Below, piece after piece: positions 12,348 to 22,195 of a DNA stretch of 64,000 bases. The notes beneath the pieces are model-generated. The model had not been told where the DNA came from. It made no database searches and worked only from the letters and a program-made list of their open reading frames with translations. Source of the DNA: an uncultured Alphaproteobacteria bacterium (lineage in GTDB: Bacteria > Pseudomonadota > Alphaproteobacteria > Acetobacterales > Acetobacteraceae); NCBI GenBank assembly GCA_963850535.1, contig CAWKMC010000063.1, forward strand, positions 23,991-87,990, in the 5' to 3' direction. A program made the translations under genes and the position numbers. Every line of letters begins with the position of its first letter. The first letter of the stretch is position 1.

Positions 12348-13486
12348 TGCGGGCGCCATCGATCGCTTCCGATTTGACCGCCCCCGACGTGCAGGTCGCC
12401 GTCGCCGAAGAGCGCATCGCAGTCGCATCCAACTGGCAGCTGGTGTGGTGGCGGTTCCGCAAGCACCATCTGGCGCTGTTCAGTGCCGGTCTGCTGATCT
12501 GCATGTACTGCGTCGTGATCTGCCCGGCATTCTTCTCCACCCAGGATCCACAGCGCACCGATGCACGGCAGGCGTTCATTCCGGTGCAGACGCTGCATCT
12601 GTTCGATGGCGGCTGGAACCCGTGGATCCCATCGATCGTCGGCAAGCGCAACCCGGTCACGCTGCGGATGGAGTGGACGACCGATCCGCAGCGGAAGGTC
12701 CGCGTGAGCTTCTTCACGCGTGGCGAACCTTACCGGCTGTTCGGTCTGTTCGACACGAACATCCACCTGCTCGGCGCGACGGATCCCACGCAGCGGATCT
12801 TCCTGCTGGGCTCCGACCGGCTTGGCCGAGACCAGTGGTCGCGTATCATGTACGGCACGCAGACCTCTATGACGGTGGGCCTCGTCGCCGTCACGCTGAG
12901 CGTGATCTTTGGCGTCGTACTGGGCGGCATTTCCGGCTATTTTGGTGGCTTCATCGACCTGGTGATCCAGCGCCTGATCGAGCTGTTGCAATCTGTTCCC
13001 ACCATACCGATCTGGCTCGCGCTATCCGCGGCACTGCCGCGCGACTGGACGCCGATCCAGGTGTTCTTTGCCATCACCGTCATCCTGTCGCTGGTCGGCT
13101 GGACCACGCTCGGACGCGAGGTGCGTGGCCGCTTCCTCGCGCTGCGCGAAGAAGATTTCGTGCTCGCTGCCCGTCTCGCTGGTGCCAAGCGGATGCGCAT
13201 CATTCTGCGACACATGGTGCCGACCTTCCTCAGCCACATCATCGCTACCAGCTCGCTGGCGATCCCGGTGATGATCATCAACGAGACGTCACTGTCCTTC
13301 CTGGGCCTCGGCATCCGGCCACCGGCAATAAGCTGGGGCGTATTGCTGCAGGAGGCGCAGAACATCCAGACTCTGGCGCTGGCACCGTGGCTGCTGATCC
13401 CCGGCCTCGTCGTCATCGTCGCGGTGCTGGCATTCAACCTTGTGGGCGATGGCCTGCGTGATGCGTCAGATCCGTATAGTCATTGA
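12347..13486 (+). CDS. ABC transporter permease (DppC/OppC-like)
   Basis: An internal ATG at 12347 (codon 94 of ORF 12068..13486) overlaps the previous stop as TGATG (one shared base). The DppC-like C-terminal half reads FVLAARLAGAKRMRIILRHMVP. Confidence 0.85.
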   Translation: MRAPSIASDLTAPDVQVAVAEERIAVASNWQLVWWRFRKHHLALFSAGLLICMYCVVICPAFFSTQDPQRTDARQAFIPVQTLHLFDGGWNPWIPSIVGKRNPVTLRMEWTTDPQRKVRVSFFTRGEPYRLFGLFDTNIHLLGATDPTQRIFLLGSDRLGRDQWSRIMYGTQTSMTVGLVAVTLSVIFGVVLGGISGYFGGFIDLVIQRLIELLQSVPTIPIWLALSAALPRDWTPIQVFFAITVILSLVGWTTLGREVRGRFLALREEDFVLAARLAGAKRMRIILRHMVPTFLSHIIATSSLAIPVMIINETSLSFLGLGIRPPAISWGVLLQEAQNIQTLALAPWLLIPGLVVIVAVLAFNLVGDGLRDASDPYSH

Positions 13487-13510
13487 CAGACTTTCCCCGA
13501 CGGTAGCGTC

Positions 13511-14527
13511 GTGACGCTCGATACCGAACCGCTGCTTCGCGTGCGCGATCTGCGCGTGTCGTTCCAATTGGACGAAGGGACGGTCCGCGCGGTCGATGGC
13601 GTCAGCTTCGACGTGTTTCCCCGCCAAGTCGTGGGCATTGTCGGCGAAAGCGGTTGCGGCAAGAGCGTGACGATGCGGGCGGTGCTGCAACTGATCGATC
13701 CACCCGGGCGCATCACCGCAGGTGAGATCATCTACCGCGAGAATGGCAGACCGGTCGACCTTGCGCGCATCTCGCCTCGCAGCCGGCAGATGCGTGACCT
13801 GCGCGGTGCGCAAATAGCGCTGATCCCGCAAGAACCAATGGCGGCGTTCAGCCCGGTGCATACAGTCGGCGCACAGATCATCGAGGCGATCATGTTGCAC
13901 GAGCGGCTCGGACGTGCGGAGGCCCGCGCCAGGACGGTGGAGCTGTTCCGCGACGTCGGCATCTCTATGGCCGAGCAGCGTATCGACGCGTATTCCTGGC
14001 AGCTGTCCGGCGGATTGCGGCAGCGGGCGATGATTGCGATGGCACTGTCCTGCCGGCCGCGCCTGCTGATCGCCGATGAACCGACCACTGCAATCGATGT
14101 GACGACGCAGGCGCAGATCCTGGCGCTGCTGCGCGAGCTGCAACGCAAGTACAACACCGCGATCATCTTCATCACGCACGACCTCGGTGTGATCGCTCAG
14201 GTGGCAACCTATGTGGTGGTGATGTATCTCGGCCGTGTCATGGAAGAGGGCCCGGTGGACGAAATCTTCCACGCGCCTAAGCATCCCTATACGCGCGCTC
14301 TGCTGCGTTCGATCCCCAGCCTGCAAACCCAGACCCGCACGGCGCTGCCGGTGATCGCCGGCACTCTGCCGCATCCCTTCAATCGCCCGCCTGGCTGCCC
14401 GTTCCACCCGCGCTGCGAGGACATCCGACACGGTCATTGCGATAAGGCGGTTCCTGCCTTGCATGCGCTGGGACCGCGCCGCGCCGTGAGCTGCTTCTTG
14501 CACAGCGATGCGACGGAATCGGTATGA
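13511..14527 (+). CDS. ABC transporter ATP-binding protein (DppD/OppD-like)
   Basis: Walker A GESGCGKS, signature LSGGLRQR, Walker B LLIADEPTTAIDV, and an oligopeptide-type C-terminal extension (PPGCPFHPRC). Confidence 0.85.
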   Translation: MTLDTEPLLRVRDLRVSFQLDEGTVRAVDGVSFDVFPRQVVGIVGESGCGKSVTMRAVLQLIDPPGRITAGEIIYRENGRPVDLARISPRSRQMRDLRGAQIALIPQEPMAAFSPVHTVGAQIIEAIMLHERLGRAEARARTVELFRDVGISMAEQRIDAYSWQLSGGLRQRAMIAMALSCRPRLLIADEPTTAIDVTTQAQILALLRELQRKYNTAIIFITHDLGVIAQVATYVVVMYLGRVMEEGPVDEIFHAPKHPYTRALLRSIPSLQTQTRTALPVIAGTLPHPFNRPPGCPFHPRCEDIRHGHCDKAVPALHALGPRRAVSCFLHSDATESV

Positions 14528-15529
14528 CAGCCCCGCTGATCGACGTTCGCGGGCTGCGCAAGTTCTACCCGATTGCCAAGGGCATGCTCGCCCGCGTCAC
14601 CGGCCATGTGCGCGCTGTGGACGACGTGAGTTTCTCTGTGCACGAGGGCGAAACGCTCGGACTTGTGGGTGAAAGTGGCTGCGGCAAAACGACGACGGCG
14701 CGCTGCATCCTGCGGGCGATCGATCCGACAGACGGGCAGGTGCTTTACCGCACCAGCGGTGGCGAGATTGTCGATCTGGCGCCGATGTCGTCGGCCGAAC
14801 TGGCGCCGTTCCGCAAAGAGATCCAGATGATCTTCCAGGACCCATTCGGCTCACTCAATCCGCGCATGACGCTGTTCGACAACGTTGGTGAGCCGCTGCT
14901 GGTGAATGGCATGCGCAAGCGTCGCGAAAGAATGGATCGCGTGGCCGAGCTGCTGCGCCTTGTCGGGCTTGCGGCCGGAATTCATGCACCGGTTCCCGCA
15001 TGCCTTCAGCGGTGGACAACGCCAGCGCATCGGCATCGCTCGCGCGCTGGCGACGAGCCCACGACTGGTGGTGGCCGATGAACCGGTGTCCGCCTTGGAT
15101 GTGTCCGTGCAGGCGCAGGTGCTGAACCTGCTGCTGGAACTGCAATCGCGGCTACGACTGACGTTCCTGTTTGTAGCGCACGACCTATCGGTGGTGCGGC
15201 ATATCTGCGATCGCGTGGCGGTGATGTATGTGGGAAGACTGGTTGAGCTGGCACCCACCGATGCGGTGTTCAGCCGGCCACGCCATCCATACACCGCTGC
15301 GCTGATGCGCGCTGTTCCAGTGCCCGATCCGCGAGTGACGGGGACGGACGGGATTCTAAGGGGCGAGGTCCCGAGCCCGGCATCGCCGCCCTCCGGGTGC
15401 TATTTCCATCCGCGATGCACCTTTGCTGAAGAACGCTGCCGGGCGGAGGCGCCCGCTTTTCAGGAAGTGACCCCAGGACATTTCGCGCGCTGCCATTTTG
15501 CAGCCGAACTCGACTTGGCCATCCATTGA
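14524..15529 (+). pseudogene. ABC transporter ATP-binding protein (DppF/OppF-like), one net +1 frameshift (or assembly indel)
   Basis: ORF 14524..15081 carries Walker [10 protein letters not shown] up to ...[11 protein letters not shown] 14906..15529 continues [26 protein letters not shown]...[12 protein letters not shown]...SGCYFHPRC in the next frame. The junction is at about 14960-14972. It has an ATGA overlap with the upstream ATPase. Confidence 0.8.
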
Positions 15530-15667
15530 GGCCCGATTTGCGAGGATCTGTGCTATCAAGCAAGCGATACCGATCAGATGACATTTTATCATGCTATGGC
15601 TGATAACATGTCGTTTGCTGTGCGCCTGGCTGATGGTCATGTGATGACCAGTCGCCAGAAGGAGAAC

Positions 15668-16501
15668 ATGACAATGCCGCTCGATATCGCCCCGACGCGC
15701 CAGCAGACGACGACGGCGGAACTGCATTATCTGATACGCACGGCAGAAAAGCCGGCGCGCTACGTGATGGAACCGCCGCCTGGCGTGCCGACATGGAACG
15801 GCATCGACGACCCGCATTCCGTGCGGATCGAAGACGCTCGCGGTCGCGAGTCAGAGTTCACCCTGGACCGCAATGGCTTCACGCTGATCAAGGCGCCGAC
15901 CTCAGTCCGCAATTTCTATGACCCCGGCGAGATCAAGTCGGTCTACTACCCGGAAGTCGAAGGATTGCTGCGGGATACGCTCGGTGCATCGCGCGTCATC
16001 GCGTTCGACCACAATGTGCGTAACGGAGGACGCAGCGACCTGCCGCAGCCGTCGCGCCGGGTGCACAACGACCATACCATCAATTCAGCGCCGCGCCGGG
16101 TGCGTGACCATCTGGGAGCAGACGCCGAAGAGCTGCTCAAGCACCGCTTCGGCATCGTGAACGTCTGGCGGCCGATCCGTGGGCCGGTGTTGGACTCTCC
16201 GCTCGCGCTTTGTGATGCGCGCAGCTTCACCGACGGCGACCTGATCCCCAGCGATCTGGTCTATCAGCACGTCCGTGGCGAGACATCGTCGGTCGAGTTC
16301 AAGCCTGGGCACCGGTGGTATTACTTCTCCGAGCAGCAGCCCGACGAAGTGATCCTGATCCGCGTGCATGACAGCGCCACGGATGGGCGAGCCAGGCTAT
16401 CGTTCCATACTTCGTTCGAGAATCCGCTCGCGCCGGCCGATGCACCGCCCCGGGAGAGCATCGAGGTCCGCACTCTGGTTTTCTTCCCGCCAAACTCCTG
16501 A
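15668..16501 (+). CDS. CmcJ/NvfI (AsaB-like) family oxidoreductase/hydroxylase
   Basis: The motifs RVHNDHT, NVWRPI and SFHTSFE match that family as I recall it. I chose the ATG at 15668 because AAGGAGA lies just upstream. The ORF itself is open from 15578. Confidence 0.6.
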   Translation: MTMPLDIAPTRQQTTTAELHYLIRTAEKPARYVMEPPPGVPTWNGIDDPHSVRIEDARGRESEFTLDRNGFTLIKAPTSVRNFYDPGEIKSVYYPEVEGLLRDTLGASRVIAFDHNVRNGGRSDLPQPSRRVHNDHTINSAPRRVRDHLGADAEELLKHRFGIVNVWRPIRGPVLDSPLALCDARSFTDGDLIPSDLVYQHVRGETSSVEFKPGHRWYYFSEQQPDEVILIRVHDSATDGRARLSFHTSFENPLAPADAPPRESIEVRTLVFFPPNS

Positions 16502-16508
16502 CCCATGA

Positions 16509-16534
16509 GCCGGCGAGCCATCAGGTTCGCCGGC
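16509..16534 (+). terminator. Possible terminator hairpin after the CmcJ-like gene
   Basis: GCCGGCGA-(10 nt)-TCGCCGGC is a perfect 8-bp stem 8 nt after the stop. There is only a weak T tract downstream. Confidence 0.3.
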
Positions 16535-16616
16535 CGCCAGCTTTGTCGTGTCTGCCGACATGGACGCGCTGGGTTTGCTAGGGCTCGAGGACGCTGCTAG
16601 CTTCCATCCCTCCTGC

Positions 16617-16706
16617 GGAGGGATGGCCGAGCGGCTTAAGGCGCACGCTTGGAAAGCGTGTGTGCGTGAAAGCGTACCGTGGGTTCGAATCCCACTCCCT
16701 CCGCCA
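16617..16706 (+). tRNA. tRNA-Ser (anticodon GGA), CCA encoded
   Basis: GGAGGGATGGCCGAGCGGCTTAAGGCG...CTTGGAAAGCG...long variable arm...GGTTCGAATCCCACTCCCTCCGCCA. The 7-bp acceptor stem GGAGGGA/TCCCTCC, the T-loop GGTTCGAATCC and the long variable arm are typical of Ser. Confidence 0.95.
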
Positions 16707-17450
16707 AAATGCTGCACTAACGAGCTGGAATCGCACGCTTTATTTGGTCGCGCACCCGGCTGGCCTACAGGATGGCCTACAACGCGCAGAGGGTAGTGAA
16801 TGCGACGGTAGGGCCGGTGCCCCCCGGATTATCGCGCAAGGGTCCAGCCGGCTGGCCCGCGTGATGTCTGCGCTTCCGCCAACGAGCGTCGAGCAGCTAT
16901 TAGGCGCGAAGCAAGCGCGCAATCTGACCAGGGCTCAGCACTGCATCCACGTGCGTTGCATACGGATGGCCGACAAGGGTATCAGAAGATAGGCCGCGCG
17001 ATCCTTATAGGCGAACACCCCACCCTTGGGGAGGGGGCGAAATCCTCGCGTGTGGGGCTGACTGGCCCGGTTCGAAAATTTGGGGCAGATGGTGTGGTTG
17101 GGACATTGTGGCATCGGTGGTCGCGCTTCGGCCGCTTCGCGGCGAGCACCGGTTCTCCTGGGCGCCGCTACCACAATTGCACGTCGGCGGCTAATTGCAG
17201 TGCACAGTCAATATTTGCCCCAGTCGGTGCGCCAGACCATAACTCGATCTCCCAGGTCTACTCATCCGGTAGGCGTTTGTGCGGCAGGCTGGTCAGACAG
17301 AAGCCAGTGTAGCTAATGCCGATACGCTGACTTTCATTAGCCATGACTTCGGCGGTTTCGATGAGGTGCCGCGCGGGTCAGTGACCGACCGGCGAGCGTC
17401 CGTGACGTCCCGGATCATGGCCCGCGTAGCTTGTGGTCAGGAGCTACGTT

Positions 17451-17888
17451 ATGAAAACGGTTGCCGCAATCCTGAAACACAAAGGCCACCAGGTCACGAC
17501 CATCGAGCCGACCGCAACGGTTGCGCACATTGTGGCCGTGCTGACCGAGCTCCGTATCGGTTCGGTTCTGGTGACCGACCGCGCCAATAGGCTTCTAGGT
17601 ATAGTTAGCGAACGGGACATCATGCGCTCGATCGCAGCGAACGGTGCGCAAACGCTGGAGATGAGCGCGGGACAAGTGATGACGCCCACTCTGCAGGTGG
17701 TGCACCCCGAGACGACCGTGGTCGAGGCAATGACGATGATGACGATCAGCCGCTCGCGACACTTGCCAGTGATTGATCATGAGGCCCTTGTTGGTCTGAT
17801 CAGCATCGGCGACGTCGTGAAGGCCCGCCTCATGGACCAGGAGAGCGAGGTTGATAGCCTGAAGTCGTATGTCGCCGGAGTGGGCTGA
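17451..17888 (+). CDS. CBS domain-containing protein (tandem CBS pair)
   Basis: MKTVAAILKHKGHQVTTIEP...GIVSERDIMRS...HLPVIDHEALVGLISIGDVVKA. The ATG at 17451 is preceded by GGTCAGGAGC. Confidence 0.85.
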   Translation: MKTVAAILKHKGHQVTTIEPTATVAHIVAVLTELRIGSVLVTDRANRLLGIVSERDIMRSIAANGAQTLEMSAGQVMTPTLQVVHPETTVVEAMTMMTISRSRHLPVIDHEALVGLISIGDVVKARLMDQESEVDSLKSYVAGVG

Positions 17889-18412
17889 CCGCTCAGACGG
17901 CTGACGGACCGCCTCGGCTATCCGGTCGTCGCGCATCGCCGGTGCTGGTTCTATCGCCTCAATGGCTCGATCAGCTCTGCTCCGTCATTTTTGGCATTGC
18001 CGACCGCTCTACCGACCCGCCAAACGCACAGCACATCCTTCGGAGCGGCATGGAGTAGGGATGCCGGGTCGTCCTCGACCTCGCCGAGCAACACGGTGAC
18101 GATCATAGGGTTCAACGATTCCTTCGGGCGGAGTTTTACCGATGTCGCGGCCGTCCTGAGCGACGCCAAACAGCTCGCTGCGACCGATTGCCGTTAGAAC
18201 GCAGACCTCGATATCTAGCCGCCCGGAACGGGCCCAACGTAGGCGGGAGGGGAGGCAACGATTTCACATAGAAACTCAGCCTTGAGGGTCGGCTCCGCCT
18301 CGGTATTTGCAGGCGATAGCCGAGGCGACGCCCGGAAAGCGAGCAGCTGTTCAAGTGTCCACCCGCTCGGGGCCGGCCAGGTTGTCGTGCCGTTGCAGCG
18401 GTTCTATGGAGA

Positions 18413-18690
18413 ATGCTGTTCGTTCTGTTGCTAACCCTGAAATCATCGGTCGGATTGGCGCAGAGCGATCAGACACCCGCCCCGCAGCGCAATTTCATGA
18501 TCTTCTTCAAGTGGAACTCGGCCGAGCTCATGACACGCGACAAGGAGAATAATTGCGCAAGCTGCCATGCGACACCTTCGGGCCGGTTCCGCTAGTGGTG
18601 CGACCCGGCAGTGCTGTGATGGATTGCACCCGACCGAACCCGGAGCGCGAGCAAATCTCCAGCGAGGTGTCACAACGGACTTACCCCGAC
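18413..18690 (+). pseudogene. Remnant of a small OmpA-family protein (signal peptide plus start of the OmpA C-like domain), frameshifted and truncated
   Basis: The signal-like MLFVLLLTLKSSVGLAQS is followed by RNFMIFFKWNSAEL, compared with SYLVFFDWDKATL in the intact OmpA genes at 21865 and 23011. IIAQAA continues only after a frame change, and there is no intact domain end. Confidence 0.4.
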
Positions 18691-18703
18691 TGGAGGTGAT
18701 GCG

Positions 18704-19420
18704 TCACATCCTTTCCTTGACGCGCTTTGGATGAGCCACCGGTTAACAGGGTAGGAGGTGCATGAAGCCGCAGAACATAGAGATCTGCATCATGAACCAA
18801 AATTCCACGGTATTTGTCGCGAGCTTCACGCCGAGGCCTATATGGAAGATCACGAAGTAGGCGATCGCCATGAAGCCATACATGACGACTTGCCAGGCGG
18901 TGAGCGAGAGCGTGTCCGCCTGATGGCGGCGATGATGCCGTGACCGAAGGACAACCCGCGCATCGACGCGATCGTGAAGTATTGGAACACCATGCCGAAC
19001 AGGTAGGCAAAGATATAATCCACGATCCAGACCGCGCAAATCTTCTCGTTGAAGAGGCTCTGCCAGCCGAATGCGACCGCGACTGCCGGCACGGCGAACG
19101 CGAGCCATTCGGCCGCTATGTCGCCAAGCGTGCAGCCGCTGCTGCAATGAAGCGCGCCGTTCGCCACAATGATTGGAAACGGCGTCAGCCGTCGGTTCGA
19201 GGGTTCCTGGTCCTCTTCCATGGCGGCATGCATCTTGGCGTGCGTCGCAAGGGCGACCGTAGGTAAAATGCTGCCAGCCGATCCAGACAGTCCCGAACAG
19301 CGCCGTCACCGGCCACACGACATTCATGATCCACATATGTTGTGGGTGTCTGTGTTCATGGCGACGATGACGGCCGCCGGAAGCGCCCAATGCAAGAAGC
19401 CGCGTAGCCAAATACCGCCA
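18704..19420 (-). pseudogene. DUF4396-like membrane protein, at least four frame changes
   Basis: The pieces [47 protein letters not shown]...[40 protein letters not shown] and a tail ...VNRWLIQ / KRVKERM lie in alternating frames. The family name comes from memory of the HC..GC..G motif. Confidence 0.6.
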
Positions 19421-19492
19421 CCTTTCTAACTTTACTCTCCGTGATGTCGTTCGCGGCCGTGCCGGGTGCCGTGAGCGTTGATTATAGTCAAC

Positions 19493-20258
19493 GACATCGA
19501 CCGCGTCCGCGCTCATCCCCACGCCTGCCATCTGCGCGAGGATCTCGGCGCCTCGCGCCCTGGCGTGATCCGCCCGTTCGAGCACCACCATTCCCGCCCC
19601 TTCGGCGAGTACGAGGCCTTTCCGGTTCCGATCAAACGGTCGCCTGGCGCCATGATGCGCATGGCCTCCCATGCATGCCTTCAGGATCCCTTAGGTCAGT
19701 GGCGCCTCGGTCCCGCCGACGATCGCTGCATCGATGACAGAGCTGCGCAGCAGCCAAACAGCCGTGGCGATCGCGTAATTGGACAACGCACACGCGACTC
19801 GCGGATGCCGTACGCCATACTGATATGACTTGCCGGCGCACTGGGCATACCCGCGGCACGGTGAACACGTTCGCTCGCTTCGCGCCTTCGGGGTAAATCT
19901 TGCGATACAGTTCCTCGATTGCTTCTCCCCCTGCCATGCTGACGCCGACCACGCAGCCGGCTCGGTGTCCGCCGTTCTCAAACGACAGACCCGACTGTGC
20001 CAGTGCCTGCTGGGCTGCAACGATCGCCAATACGCTGAAACGGTCCAGCATCGGTAATTTGCGAGCGTCGAGCATGTGGCGAAGATCAGGGGCGGGGATG
20101 GCGCCGACGATCGAGACCTTCAAATCGGAAGGCGCCGACTCGTCGAGCTTGCCAAGACCGTAACGGCCATCTTGCAGAGCCGACCAGAATGCCTCCACCG
20201 AATGGCCAAGCGCCGAGACACACCCGGCACCGGTGACCACGATAGGTTCATGCTCCAC
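19493..20258 (-). pseudogene. Beta-ketoacyl-ACP synthase II (FabF/NodE-like), frameshifted, with an in-frame stop and a truncated C-terminus
   Basis: IVVTGAGCVSALGHSVEAFWSALQDG..., then in another frame ...IDAAIVGGTEAPLT followed by TAA, then [22 protein letters not shown]...[16 protein letters not shown]. The remainder of the enzyme is missing. Confidence 0.75.
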
Positions 20259-20502
20259 TGCGGCGTTCTTCAAGGCCGAGGGAGTGACCAAGCTCAATAA
20301 GGTTCGCGACGGTCTTATAGCTGTTCCAGGCTTCGACCGCATCCACCGGTATGGTTACGTCGTACTTGTCTTCGATCGTCATTATGAGCTCGACCAGGGC
20401 ACCCAGTTCCGACAATACAGACTCCGGCGTGATCACCGCCGGGTCCAGGTGGGCCTGTTTGGCAATTATCCCGTTGAGCTCGTCTTCCATCGTCTCTCTC
20501 AT
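20248..20502 (-). CDS. Acyl carrier protein-like protein lacking the DSL phosphopantetheine attachment motif
   Basis: The 84-aa ORF reads ...ITPESVLSELGALVELIMTIEDKYDVTIP... It aligns by eye to ACP ...[25 protein letters not shown] with a 4-residue gap that removes the Ser. It lies directly upstream of the KAS pseudogene. Confidence 0.7.
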   Translation of the reverse strand: MRETMEDELNGIIAKQAHLDPAVITPESVLSELGALVELIMTIEDKYDVTIPVDAVEAWNSYKTVANLIELGHSLGLEERRSGA

Positions 20503-21300
20503 GGTCTCCTGCTGTCGTTGTCTCTGTTGGACTGCAGGCTATCCGTATCTCCCGATCCAACCTCGGTGAGCCGAGCCACCAGCCGCCGTAGGCGCCGCAA
20601 AGCCCGTACTCGCGACCCCCATATCAGCACCCTCCTTCGGAATACGAGCGTCGCAACCGTGTGCAGACAGCGGCCGACATTGCAACGGCGAACTGGCTTA
20701 CCAGTTTATCGGATACACCCAAGAAGGACGACAAAACCTGGTGCGTCTGCACCTGTAGCTTGACAGCAGTCGCCGCCATTCGCCCGGGCGTGCCCTTCGC
20801 CGAGGCCCTGTGATGCTTTGAGCAATTCGAATGCCAAGCCCGATCAGCGCCCGCCTTCATGCGGTTGATGATCCTGGTGCGTTCGCTCGCCGTTTGATCG
20901 GCGTGTATCCTCCTTCTCAAGGATTGGGATCCCCCATCTTGCGATGTGTCGCCGACTTGAGCGACCGCGATTTGCGCGATCTCGCCGCTTACTATGCCTA
21001 TCTGCCACGCCCGCATGAGAATGGCGCCACCGCGGGCGTCGCGCCTCAAATTTCGGAGGGGGTGAACCTGGGTGTGATCTCCGCGCGAGATGCTGGCGAG
21101 GCGGACCCAGTGGCACCGAACGATAAGCGTGGCTTCGATTACGCAAAGCCGGCGCGTTGATTTGTCGTTGTTAGCTCGGGAAAGAGAGCACGAGGTGGAC
21201 GTCGCGACGCGCCTTGTGGTGTTGACGCGCGCGTAGCCCTAAACCCCCTACGCTTCGTTGCCGTCACCGGCCGCGCTGAGACACAACTTGAGCTAACGGG

Positions 21301-21852
21301 TCATAATACCTTGCTGCGAGCACAGTCGAACCAAGCTTGGCCGTTCTTCTCCGAAGGGCTTATGTCCAAGAAAGCGAGCGGCGCCCCAGCCTCACCCACC
21401 TCAAGCAGTCCCCCGCTGAGCAGCACCAGGATATGGCTCAGCGCGGCTGCGTCAGAGCCGAGTGACGCAGCCAGGGCATGCGGTCCAGTAGCGCGCCCAA
21501 CGATACGCCACGAACCGGCCGCCCCATTGAAACGAAGGGGAACGGCAGCCTGGGACCGCAGGGAGACAGGCTGGAGCGCCAGGCTCAAGCTCATTGGCGC
21601 ATCGCGCTGTACTGCGATCTGAAGCGAGACACCCGCCGCCGACGCCTCGGCGGCGCAGTCGTCCCCGCCTGTACGGAACGTCCAGGTCGTGTGGATAGTC
21701 GGGCTTGCAGGCCGTCGGGGCGGCGGAGGTGGCGGGACCGGGGGTATCGGTAGCGCGGGTGCCGCCTCTTCAACTGGTTGCGGCGCGCAGCCGTTCACGA
21801 ACAGCAAGCCGCTCAACGCGACGACGCAGGCCAACCGAACTCGCGCGGTCAA
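21301..21852 (-). CDS. Hypothetical exported protein, possible lipoprotein
   Basis: The N-terminus MTARVRLACVVALSGLLFVNGC is followed by a Pro-rich linker. It starts 12 nt downstream of the OmpA-family gene stop, so co-transcription is likely. Confidence 0.6.
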   Translation of the reverse strand: MTARVRLACVVALSGLLFVNGCAPQPVEEAAPALPIPPVPPPPPPRRPASPTIHTTWTFRTGGDDCAAEASAAGVSLQIAVQRDAPMSLSLALQPVSLRSQAAVPLRFNGAAGSWRIVGRATGPHALAASLGSDAAALSHILVLLSGGLLEVGEAGAPLAFLDISPSEKNGQAWFDCARSKVL

Positions 21853-21864
21853 ACCGCGGAACCT

Positions 21865-22195
21865 TTAGTGGAGAATGATCTCGACCCGGCGGTTCTGCGG
21901 CTCGCGCACGCCGGGCCCCGTCGGCACCAACAGGTGCGTGTCGCCAAAGCCTTGCACGGTGATGGCATTCTGCGGCACACCGTCCTTGATCAGTTCCGCC
22001 TTCACGGCGTTCGCGCGCCGGATCGACAGACCCATATTGTATCGTGGTGTGCCGGACGTGTCTGCGTAGCCGTTCACCTCGATCCGCGTATACTGGACAC
22101 GAGTCGAATTGTCCGCCGCTTCCTTGATAATTTGTCGCGCCCGATCCGACAGCGTTGCCTTATCCCAATCGAAAAACACGAGATAAGAGCGCGCC
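21865..22195 (-). repeat. Copy 1 of a ~330-bp paralogous repeat (OmpA C-terminal domain coding segment)
   Basis: It aligns colinearly with 23011-23342. Roughly four fifths of positions are identical by eye, and most differences fall at third codon positions. Confidence 0.7.

Noticed and set aside
16761-16781. Direct repeat TGGCCTACA-gga-TGGCCTACA about 55 nt downstream of the tRNA, considered as an integrase arm site.
   Set aside because: The repeat is short and isolated. There is no intact integrase nearby and no second cluster at the other island end, so I cannot support a function.
17951-18169. 72-aa minus-strand ORF (…IVTVLLGEVEDDPASLLHAAPKDVLCVWRVGRAVGNAKNDGAELIEPL) that looks protein-like.
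   Set aside because: I recognise no family and see no convincing start or RBS. It lies among fragments, so it may be another gene remnant, but I cannot support a call.
20831-21160. ORF with ...LSDRDLRDLAAYYAYLP, resembling the C-terminal end of a class I cytochrome c.
   Set aside because: No CxxCH heme-binding motif is found in any frame nearby, and the similarity rests on one short block. I mention it only as possible island debris and do not annotate it.
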